The notes beneath the pieces were generated by a model. It saw only the letters and a list, made by a program, of their open reading frames with translations. It was not told the DNA's origin and ran no database searches. Made by a program: the position numbers and the translations under genes. A stretch of 32,000 bases of DNA from an uncultured bacterium (GTDB lineage: Bacteria > GCA-001730085), in contig CAZMGY010000015.1 of assembly GCA_964565945.1 (NCBI GenBank), positions 51,789-83,788 on the forward strand, given 5' to 3'. The first letter of the stretch is position 1; each line of letters opens with the position of its first letter. Of this stretch, positions 8,343 to 15,915 are shown in pieces.

Positions 8343-8388
8343 CAAGAATCACTCTAATATATAAACTATTTTTATTTTTTTCTTTCCC

Positions 8389-8982
8389 CTAAGTAGCAAC
8401 AATCCACTCTCCTTGACTAAAAATAATACGTAACCATTTGTCTCTAACACGAATCACTCGCTCTTCTTTATTCTTATAACTTCGATGCCATTGACCATGG
8501 ACAAGATCTTGACGAGTACCTTCTATCAAATCAACTTTAGAATCAATAATTTGATCAAAATCATGGTCTAACTCCATAAAAACAGATTGACCCTTGTCAT
8601 TAAAATAAGTCATCCAAGAACGATCCATAAAACCATCATGATCATCATCTTTGCTACTTCGCGTGGTATGATTCGGAAAAAACTCCTCACGCAACTCCAC
8701 CTGACCATCAGCGTTGTTATCGTACTCTGTCATGAAGATATCACCCTTTTCATTATAATGTAAGAGAAGATCAACAACACCATCACGGTCACGATCAACA
8801 TCTTCCCTCACAACACGATGGCGTGCCACGTAAAGGGTTTTGTCAACAAGGCCATCGGCATCATAATCAAATGTTTTGATATACACATGCGACGAACACG
8901 CCGGCAGAGCCAGGGCTAAATAGATAAGGCCACTTATTCCTAAGCTAATCCTCAAATTAAGCGTCGCATTTCTCCAGTTCAA
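8389..8982 (-). CDS. Putative lipoprotein with four DxDxDG calcium-binding-like motifs
   Basis: Lipobox LALALPAC-SS. Motifs DYDADGLVD, DRDRDGVVD, DNNADGQVE and DDDHDGFMD occur at roughly 25-35 aa spacing. The track start at 8982 is a TTG overlapping purS by 26 nt. A TTG at 8955, 1 nt after the purS TAA, would give MRISLGISGLIYLALALPAC. Confidence 0.55.
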   Translation of the reverse strand: MNWRNATLNLRISLGISGLIYLALALPACSSHVYIKTFDYDADGLVDKTLYVARHRVVREDVDRDRDGVVDLLLHYNEKGDIFMTEYDNNADGQVELREEFFPNHTTRSSKDDDHDGFMDRSWMTYFNDKGQSVFMELDHDFDQIIDSKVDLIEGTRQDLVHGQWHRSYKNKEERVIRVRDKWLRIIFSQGEWIVAT

Positions 8983-9214
8983 GACGGTAGTCCTCTATGA
9001 CAGGATTAACCAATAACTTTTCACACATACCCTGTACCGCTTTGCGAACATCTTCTTCCGAACCATCTTGTTCAATTTTAAGATCCAAATACTTTCCAAC
9101 CCTCACATCTTCAACCTGTTGATAGCCTAAAGAGTCTAAGGCACGCTTAATAGTCATTCCTTGCGGATCCGCCACACTTTTTTTCAAATACACATAAATT
9201 TGAACACGGTACAC
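8957..9214 (-). CDS. purS: Phosphoribosylformylglycinamidine synthase subunit PurS
   Basis: 85 aa. YRVQIYVYLKKSVADPQGMTIKRALDSLGYQQVEDVRVGKYLDLKIE...MCEKLLVNPVIEDYRLE closely parallels Bacillus PurS. GTG start with GAGGAGG 8 nt upstream. Confidence 0.88.
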   Translation of the reverse strand: MYRVQIYVYLKKSVADPQGMTIKRALDSLGYQQVEDVRVGKYLDLKIEQDGSEEDVRKAVQGMCEKLLVNPVIEDYRLELEKCDA

Positions 9215-9232
9215 GGTTTTAACCTCCTCGCC

Positions 9233-10117
9233 TTAAGCTTTCAAACGATCAACAATTTCTTGATAGCCTTGCATGGTTTTGGCCATAATTTTCGATGGCA
9301 ATTCGGGTCCTGGTGGAGTTTTATCCCAATCCAACGTTTCCAAGTAATCACGAATAATTTGCTTATCAAAACTTTTATTGTCCTCACCAACAACATATTT
9401 ATCTACATCCCAAAAACGAGATGAATCTGGAGTGAGAACTTCATCAATTAAAATCACTTGATCGTCACAAAGACCAAACTCAAATTTAGTATCACACAAA
9501 ATAATTCCTCGCTCACGTGCATAATTGGAAGCTTTTTGATAAATCATTAGCGATTTTTGCTTAAGCTCTTCCGCAAGCTCTCGACCAACAATATCGACAA
9601 CACGCTCAAAAGAAATATTCTCATCGTGTCTTTCCATCGCCTTGGTCGACGGCGTAAACAAAGGTACTTCCAATTTTTGTGACTTTTGCAAACCCTCGGG
9701 AAGCACAATCCCACACACAGAACCATCACGCATATACTCTTTCCAACCTGATCCCGTAATATAACCACGAACAATGCACTCTATTTCCAAAAGCTTAGCT
9801 TTTTTCACCCACATCGAACGCCCCTCAAGCTGATCGCGATAGGCCTGCAAAAAATCTGGATATTCATCAACATTGTTCGAAATCAAATGATGCGGACAAT
9901 CACCTTCAAGTAAATTAAACCAAAACAGCGAACTATCGGTTAACACCTTACCTTTACCTGGTAAGCCGTTGGGCAAAACAACATCAAACGCCGAAATACG
10001 GTCGGTAGCCACAATCAAAAGACTATCATCCATGTCGTACACATCACGGACTTTTCCTCGATGAAACAGCTTCAGCTCAGGTATATGAGTCTCTGTAACA
10101 CATATTTGGGTCGACAT
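9233..10117 (-). CDS. purC: SAICAR synthetase PurC
   Basis: LFHRGKVRDVYDMDDSLLIVATDRISAFDVVLPNGLPGKGKVLT and ILCDTKFEFG motifs. I prefer ATG 10117 (MSTQI...) over the TTG at 10126. Confidence 0.93.
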   Translation of the reverse strand: MSTQICVTETHIPELKLFHRGKVRDVYDMDDSLLIVATDRISAFDVVLPNGLPGKGKVLTDSSLFWFNLLEGDCPHHLISNNVDEYPDFLQAYRDQLEGRSMWVKKAKLLEIECIVRGYITGSGWKEYMRDGSVCGIVLPEGLQKSQKLEVPLFTPSTKAMERHDENISFERVVDIVGRELAEELKQKSLMIYQKASNYARERGIILCDTKFEFGLCDDQVILIDEVLTPDSSRFWDVDKYVVGEDNKSFDKQIIRDYLETLDWDKTPPGPELPSKIMAKTMQGYQEIVDRLKA

Positions 10118-10138
10118 ACACCCCAACTCCCTCTAGGT

Positions 10139-11434
10139 CTAAACAAAAATTCTCTCGTAAATTTTATCTTCATTTCGCAACAAACGCTTCATGTCAAAGC
10201 ATTGGTTCACTTCATCTTCCGACAAGTATTCTCGAATAGAAGCATCATCCAACACCAAACGCTTTAAGGTAGCCCTCTCATTCGCCCACACATTCATAGC
10301 GGCACTCTGCACCATAGCATAAGCATCTTCACGGGTGATCCCCTTTTGAACCAGTGCCAACATAATGGTTTGCGAAAAAAACAAACCTCGCATGAGTGCC
10401 ATATTTTTATCCATGTTTTCCGGATAAGGCACCAATTTATCGAAAAGAGTGATCGCTTTGCCCAACATATAATCCAATGCAATCGTGCCATCAGGAATAA
10501 TCACACGCTCAACCGACGAATGAGAAATATCGCGCTCATGCCACAAAGGAACATTTTCTAAGGCCGCCACCGCGTATCCTCTTAAAAGACGTGCCAAACC
10601 AGATAAACGTTCCGAAATAATAGGGTTTCGTTTGTGCGGCATAGCCGAAGAACCTTTTTGTCCAACCGCAAAATACTCTTCAACCTCACGAATCTCTGTT
10701 TTTTGCAAGCCACGAACCTCCGTGGCAAATTTATCCAAAGAGCTCGCAATCACAGCCAACATGGACATATACTCAGCATGACGATCTCTCTGAATGATTT
10801 GCGTCGATACTAGAGCAATCTCTAAACCCAATTTGTCACAAACATATTCTTCAACACGGGGATCCATATTGGAAAAGGTTCCAACTGGACCAGAGATCAT
10901 CCCCACCCGAATCGCATCTTTCGCTCTCTGCATCCGCTCTATATTGCGACGGGTCTCTTCGTAGTACAAAGCCATTTTAAGGCCCAAGGTGGTTGGCTCA
11001 GCGTGAATTCCATGACTACGCCCCATCATCACCATACCTTTTAACTCAAGAGCACGTTTTTTGAAGACCTCAGCTAATTGCTCAAGTTTATCTAACAATA
11101 AATCACTGGCTTCAACCATACGTATTGACAAAGCCGTATCTAAAATATCCGAAGATGTCATCCCATAATGCACATATCGTGACTCGGGACCAATAAATTC
11201 GGCCATACTGGTTAAAAAGGCAATCACATCATGATGGGTTTTTGCTTCAATTTCACTGATACGATCCATATCAAAGTCGGCTTTTTCTTGAATCACCTTA
11301 ACCGCGTCCGCAGGAATAACACCCTGCTCCGCCCAAGCTTCACATACCAGAACTTCTATTTTGAGCCATTTTTGAAATTTGTTCTCTTCCGTCCAAATAC
11401 GTCCCATCTCGGGATTGCTATAACGTTCAATCAT
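10139..11434 (-). CDS. purB: Adenylosuccinate lyase PurB
   Basis: 431 aa. MIERYSNPEMGRIWTEENKFQKWLKIEVLVCEAW..., the fumarate-lyase signature GSSAMPHKRNP, and a typical length. Confidence 0.95.
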   Translation of the reverse strand: MIERYSNPEMGRIWTEENKFQKWLKIEVLVCEAWAEQGVIPADAVKVIQEKADFDMDRISEIEAKTHHDVIAFLTSMAEFIGPESRYVHYGMTSSDILDTALSIRMVEASDLLLDKLEQLAEVFKKRALELKGMVMMGRSHGIHAEPTTLGLKMALYYEETRRNIERMQRAKDAIRVGMISGPVGTFSNMDPRVEEYVCDKLGLEIALVSTQIIQRDRHAEYMSMLAVIASSLDKFATEVRGLQKTEIREVEEYFAVGQKGSSAMPHKRNPIISERLSGLARLLRGYAVAALENVPLWHERDISHSSVERVIIPDGTIALDYMLGKAITLFDKLVPYPENMDKNMALMRGLFFSQTIMLALVQKGITREDAYAMVQSAAMNVWANERATLKRLVLDDASIREYLSEDEVNQCFDMKRLLRNEDKIYERIFV

Positions 11435-11497
11435 ATATACGCCTATTCTTTATTGATGTATTTATATTCAGATCATTGCAACAATAGGTGCATTATA

Positions 11498-12580
11498 CTA
11501 TAAATCGATAATCTTGGCCGTGATAAAAATAATCAGGTTTGATTTCTGCTCAAAGGTGGTTTCAGTGCGAAAGAAATTTTTAATCAAAGGCATATCACCA
11601 AGCAAAGGCACCTTGCTCACTTCGTTCAACTTGGTACGTTTGACCAAGCCTCCCAAAACAACCGTTCCCCCATCCTTGATACTAACGGTGGTATCCGCTG
11701 AACGACGCACATACTTAGGCAAACGGATCGTTCCACTATCACCGAGATCCACAGACTCTAACGAAACAAGTTCAACAACGGTGGGATGCAGATCTAAAGT
11801 AATACTTTTCTCATCGGTACTAATGGTAGGTGTTACATCGAGCACAATACCCTCAACAGCCGTCTCAATATCGGCACTGCTTTCCACATTGGGATTGTCA
11901 TTGGTGAAAATCGTGGTTGTTGTGATCTTAGCCACATAATCCGTCGACTCTTCTATTTTGATATTGGCTCGCTGATTATTGAAACAGATAATTTTAGGCG
12001 AAGATAAGGTATTTACCTTTCCATCCTCCTCCAAAGCCTTTAAGGTTACATTCAATGAATTCTGACCACTTAACAAACCATAAGATAAATTCAGTTGATT
12101 CAATGAATTTAAGGCTACATCCCCCCAATTCCCCGACGGCAAATCAATGTTTCCACTAAACGTATGCTTGCCATTGCTATTCTTACGCTTCAAATTGGTC
12201 CAATCGACACCAATATCAAAACCTTCGAACGAATTAACTTCGATGATACGTGCTTCAATCAGAACTTGCTTAGGCTTATACTCCCTCACTTTGCTTATAA
12301 TATCCTGAACAACTTCCTGATTCTGAGGCGTATTTTTCACAAATAGCTTGCCCGTTTTCCGATGAAAAACAATACCAACTCCTTCTATGTCAAAATCAAC
12401 CATCTCTTTCAGTAAACCAACAATCGACTCACCTGTCACCATATAAGGCGAAGCGACCCCATCTTTGCTCACCAACTGCGATGCAATCGTTTTACTGCTA
12501 CGAATTTCTGCGGGCGCAGTAGCAAACAAAGGAACATGCATCACCCCCAAGCTAATTATCCACAAAGCCATTCTTTTCAT
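11498..12580 (-). CDS. Secretin core protein (signal peptide + N1-like + secretin domain, no N0), module B
   Basis: ATG 12580 with AGGAG 7 nt upstream gives MKRMALWIISLGVMHVPLFATAPA. N1-like GLLKEMVDFDIEGVGIVFHRKTGKLFVKNTPQNQEVVQDIISKV; VLIEARIIEV; GIVLDVTPTIS; VPLLGDMPLIKNFFRTETTFEQKSNLIIFITAKII. The track extension to 12718 overlaps the upstream gene and reads as non-protein-like. Confidence 0.85.
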   Translation of the reverse strand: MKRMALWIISLGVMHVPLFATAPAEIRSSKTIASQLVSKDGVASPYMVTGESIVGLLKEMVDFDIEGVGIVFHRKTGKLFVKNTPQNQEVVQDIISKVREYKPKQVLIEARIIEVNSFEGFDIGVDWTNLKRKNSNGKHTFSGNIDLPSGNWGDVALNSLNQLNLSYGLLSGQNSLNVTLKALEEDGKVNTLSSPKIICFNNQRANIKIEESTDYVAKITTTTIFTNDNPNVESSADIETAVEGIVLDVTPTISTDEKSITLDLHPTVVELVSLESVDLGDSGTIRLPKYVRRSADTTVSIKDGGTVVLGGLVKRTKLNEVSKVPLLGDMPLIKNFFRTETTFEQKSNLIIFITAKIIDL

Positions 12581-12590
12581 AACATCACTC

Positions 12591-14453
12591 CTATAGTATT
12601 GACGACTCACTATCCGAGGTCGGTCCCACCGATCCTTCACGGCGCGAGAATCCCGAACCCAGCTCTTCGGCAGGGAAGTCAAAAATCTTACCAATAATAT
12701 CTTGCACGTCATAGACAACTAAAATAATATCCTCTTTGCGAATCTTATTTTTGGTTGTAATCCAAATCAAATTGTCTTCAATCAAGTAATCAAAGTCGGT
12801 GAAACGCAAAACGGCCTCGATAATTTGAATCAAAGGCATATCCTTCACCTTAAACGTTATATTGCCCTGATTCAAAGCATCGGCCTCGATTTCTTTGGTG
12901 TCAATCACAATATTAAGCCCTGTCAACTCCGCCAACAAGTCAACTACCCCCTTAAGAGACGCGTCCTTAAAATTCAAAGTGTAGCGGGTTTCGAGTTTTT
13001 GCAAAATCACTTGTTTATCAGGAGAACTTTCTTTCATCGCCTTGGCAACTTTACGTCGGCTTCTTAGCGCCCAAGAAGGAGCACCCTCCTTAGCTGACGG
13101 AATCGCCGCCCGAGTCACATCCGCCAACAGCTCCTCTTCGGTCACATTCGCCAAACTATCCAAACGACTTTCCTGAGCTTTGGTGCTTTCAATGTCGGCC
13201 TGATCAATCAACGATTGAAGTTCTTCAGTGTACAAACCCGACACATCAAGCAACATAGCCTGCTTCCACACATAAAGAGCATCTTCGTATCGTTTGCGCA
13301 AACAAAGCTCTTTACCATCATTCAGAAAGGACTCAACACTCATATCTTCTGAGGTAGTAACAAAACCTTTGTTGATCATATCTGACTTAATCTCAACCAT
13401 ATCGCGACGAATATCGGCAGGCTCTCTCATTTTGGCCGCATTGGAACGCACCGCATCTTCACGCAACTTTTCCCGACGAACTTTCTCTTCTTGGATCTTA
13501 ATTTTAGAATCTTCGACATACTTTTGAATGACTTCATCATAAGGATTATAGGTCATCGCCATTGTGAAGCTCGAAAAAGCTCTCTCATAATCTTGCTGAG
13601 AAAAGTAGTCCAAACCCATTTTGAAATGATCTTTCGCCAACATAAGATCTTCTTTAGAAACAATATTAGCATAAACTTTGTCGCCCACAATATCCGATTT
13701 AGCTAGAGCTTCCTTGATTTTATTGATCTTGACCACATAACGATTGACATCTTTCTCATGCACATTGTGGTTGCGTGCCATGCGAAAAGAAGCCATGGCC
13801 TCGTCATAACGGTGTTGATTATACAACTCGAGCCCCTTGTCGAAGTAGCGTTCACCTATTTCTTTTTCAACCTTATCAGGGTTAGTATCAGGAGTCCAGC
13901 CATTAAACTTGGCCTTTTTCTTTTTTTCATAACGCAAATTTTTATATTTGCGCTGTTCATCTTCGGTCATTGTCTCGCGAATTTTGCGCCGCTGTTGCAA
14001 TTCGTTAATTTTCTCACGAGCTTTGTCCGACCATTTGCTCAGCTCCGAACCTTCCAGTAACAAACGATGCTTCCAATAATAAACAGCCTTATTAATATCT
14101 CCTTTGTTTTCGTAAAGATAAGCTAAATTGCTATAGGCGCCTTTGTAGCTATCATCTTTCTTGATGGCACGCAAATAAGACCGTTCCGCCGCCTCGTACA
14201 TACCCTTTTGCTCGTAAACAATCCCCAAATCATTGTGAGCTGTGGCATAAGCCACATCTTCATCAATTGCTTTTCTATAGTAGACAATCGCACTATCTAA
14301 ATCGCCTTGCTGTTGATGGCGATAACCTTCCAAACGATACTCCAACGCTTTTTTAGACGCATAGACCGACTGTTGAGCCCCGACAAGGCCAGGACTTAGA
14401 CCTAGATACATTAAGCCCAACACAACAAGACACCCTCTACGAATGACACTCAT
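12591..14453 (-). CDS. Secreted TPR protein (about 6 TPRs) with a C-terminal secretin-type N0/STN-like domain, module B
   Basis: Signal peptide MSVIRRGCLVVLGLMYLGLSPGLVGA. TPRs such as AYATAHNDLGIVYEQKGMYEAAERSYLRAIKKDDSYKGAYSNLAYLYENKGD. The C-terminal YTLNFKDASLKGVVDLLAELTGLNIVIDTKE...ITFKVKDMPLIQIIEAVLRFTDFDYLIEDNLIWITTK (about 12744-12989) matches the N0 pattern also seen in secretin A. ATGA overlap with the upstream gene; stops 10 nt before the secretin start. Confidence 0.75.
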   Translation of the reverse strand: MSVIRRGCLVVLGLMYLGLSPGLVGAQQSVYASKKALEYRLEGYRHQQQGDLDSAIVYYRKAIDEDVAYATAHNDLGIVYEQKGMYEAAERSYLRAIKKDDSYKGAYSNLAYLYENKGDINKAVYYWKHRLLLEGSELSKWSDKAREKINELQQRRKIRETMTEDEQRKYKNLRYEKKKKAKFNGWTPDTNPDKVEKEIGERYFDKGLELYNQHRYDEAMASFRMARNHNVHEKDVNRYVVKINKIKEALAKSDIVGDKVYANIVSKEDLMLAKDHFKMGLDYFSQQDYERAFSSFTMAMTYNPYDEVIQKYVEDSKIKIQEEKVRREKLREDAVRSNAAKMREPADIRRDMVEIKSDMINKGFVTTSEDMSVESFLNDGKELCLRKRYEDALYVWKQAMLLDVSGLYTEELQSLIDQADIESTKAQESRLDSLANVTEEELLADVTRAAIPSAKEGAPSWALRSRRKVAKAMKESSPDKQVILQKLETRYTLNFKDASLKGVVDLLAELTGLNIVIDTKEIEADALNQGNITFKVKDMPLIQIIEAVLRFTDFDYLIEDNLIWITTKNKIRKEDIILVVYDVQDIIGKIFDFPAEELGSGFSRREGSVGPTSDSESSIL

Positions 14454-15193
14454 TCTTGCTCATCCCCCTTTTTGACCAAAACCGACACACCGCCTTTGTG
14501 CAGGGTCACGCCATCATTGGCGATGGATCGAACATCCCACCCTTCAGTAAAATCTCCTTCTCGTATAACAAAGGTTTTTCCACTCTCTTTGTTATATATT
14601 TTGGCATGAATTCCCTCTTCTAAAGCCACTTTATCTTTTTCGAGACGCAATATGGAATCCCGCCCCTCTCGACGAACATCGACATGATACGGTGTTGCCT
14701 CCACAATTTCGTACCGCATTATCCTATCACCTTTTTTCAAAAATGACGTCCCTTTCTTCGAGTTAAACTGAACATAGAGCTTTTTATCATCTTTTTTAGA
14801 AAAAGTTCCCATCCAAACAAAAGGAACCTCATGGCGAATTACCTTAAGCAGCACATAGGGGTTCACCACAATCTCATCCACCTTAACATCCACTTCAAAA
14901 GGGTGAAAGATATCACGCGTCAAAAATTCCTCATAATATGAAAACTTTTTCAAAAGATGCATCAAACCCACATAGTTCATTTTTTTCATTTTTCGCCTAA
15001 GAGGCCCTAGCTTCTGTCCCTTAATGTTAATTTTACGCACCACTAAGTCAACCTCCGACTGAGCTGACCTTTGAGACATCTTGGGCACAAAAACAGTCGT
15101 AGCATAGCCTCCAACCAAAAGCACAAGTCCCCACAATACAACATATTCCATGCGATTTCGCACATATGCGGCTATTCGATCTAATCCATTCAT
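14450..15193 (-). CDS. PilP/GspC-like bitopic protein, module B
   Basis: 247 aa with an N-terminal TM helix (YVVLWGLVLLVGGYATTVFV). Two beta-rich segments of the PilP/GspC pattern (LKKGDRIMRYEIVEATPYHVDV...; REGDFTEGWDVRSIANDGVTLHKGG). ATGA overlaps on both sides. The call rests on pattern and position. Confidence 0.4.
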   Translation of the reverse strand: MNGLDRIAAYVRNRMEYVVLWGLVLLVGGYATTVFVPKMSQRSAQSEVDLVVRKINIKGQKLGPLRRKMKKMNYVGLMHLLKKFSYYEEFLTRDIFHPFEVDVKVDEIVVNPYVLLKVIRHEVPFVWMGTFSKKDDKKLYVQFNSKKGTSFLKKGDRIMRYEIVEATPYHVDVRREGRDSILRLEKDKVALEEGIHAKIYNKESGKTFVIREGDFTEGWDVRSIANDGVTLHKGGVSVLVKKGDEQE

Positions 15194-15915
15194 ACGTGCG
15201 GAATCTCCACATAGGTTAACTTTAGAACAATATCCAACTCATAATTAGGACGTGCCTCGATTCGGATCGCATCGGCCACAACCAGCTGAGACATAGATGA
15301 AATATCGTACAACAAACGATACAATTGATCGGATCTTGTCCTTAAGGTAATCATAATAGGATATTGTTTAAGCATTGTTTGACGATATTCTACTAACTCT
15401 TCTTTTGGCAAACGACTAATTTCTTTAACGGTTTGAATGCGATTTTTCGCACAAAGCTCCAAAACAGCCTCAATCAAAGCCAAATATCGTTTCAAATCAA
15501 CTAAATGTTGCTCCATCGGAATCTTGGTTGCATAATCAGAAAAACCTATATCTTTGCGCTCAAAACGCGCCCTTTTTTCTGCCACTAAACCCCGAAACTC
15601 TAGCGGCCTCACAACCTCTTTAAACGCCTGCGAAAAATCCTCTTGGTTATGCAAAACCTGACTAATTCGCTCATGCTGACTTTTCAAATATTCACGATGC
15701 CGCTTAAGCGTATTAATCTCCTCTGGTGTAGGGATCTTGTGTGCATCACGTAAATAGCTTATCAACAAGCCCCTTTTTTGTTGATAAGCATTATGCAAAA
15801 CTCTTTTTTGATTCCATTGAAACATCGTCAACAAAGCCCCCACAGCTAAGGATCCAACGACAAGGATCAAAGCACGTGTAACACGGCGGTCTTGAAAAAC
15901 ATCAACAAACATCAT
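15190..15915 (-). CDS. PilO/GspM-like bitopic protein, module B
   Basis: 241 aa with TM helix ALILVVGSLAVGALLTMF, then a coiled coil and a C-terminal alpha/beta part (YPIMITLRTRSDQLYRLLYDIS). ATGA overlaps on both sides. Confidence 0.45.
   Translation of the reverse strand: MMFVDVFQDRRVTRALILVVGSLAVGALLTMFQWNQKRVLHNAYQQKRGLLISYLRDAHKIPTPEEINTLKRHREYLKSQHERISQVLHNQEDFSQAFKEVVRPLEFRGLVAEKRARFERKDIGFSDYATKIPMEQHLVDLKRYLALIEAVLELCAKNRIQTVKEISRLPKEELVEYRQTMLKQYPIMITLRTRSDQLYRLLYDISSMSQLVVADAIRIEARPNYELDIVLKLTYVEIPHV

Larger units (their letters stand above)
8142..8378. repeat. Tandem direct repeat, 2 copies of ~117 bp (8142-8257 and 8262-8378) separated by CCCC
   Basis: Read directly: cacacacataaaaacaccc...gcattgtagttcacctttttcaagttgtaaatattttttttacaaccaagaatcactcta(a)t(t)atataaactatttttatttt occurs twice. 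The copies differ by a few substitutions, 1-nt indels and a C3 versus C7 run. Confidence 0.92.

Noticed and set aside
8142-8378. CRISPR array or minisatellite.
   Set aside because: There are only two units, directly abutting with no unique spacers. A unit length of about 117 bp is far from CRISPR repeat size, and there are no cas genes.
12581-12718. N-terminal extension of secretin B (track start 12718), which might have signalled a frameshift joining it to the TPR-N0 gene.
   Set aside because: The extension reads CKILLVRFLTSLPKSWVRDSRAVKDRWDRPRIV, which is not protein-like. ATG 12580 has AGGAG 7 nt upstream and gives a textbook signal peptide, so the genes are separate.
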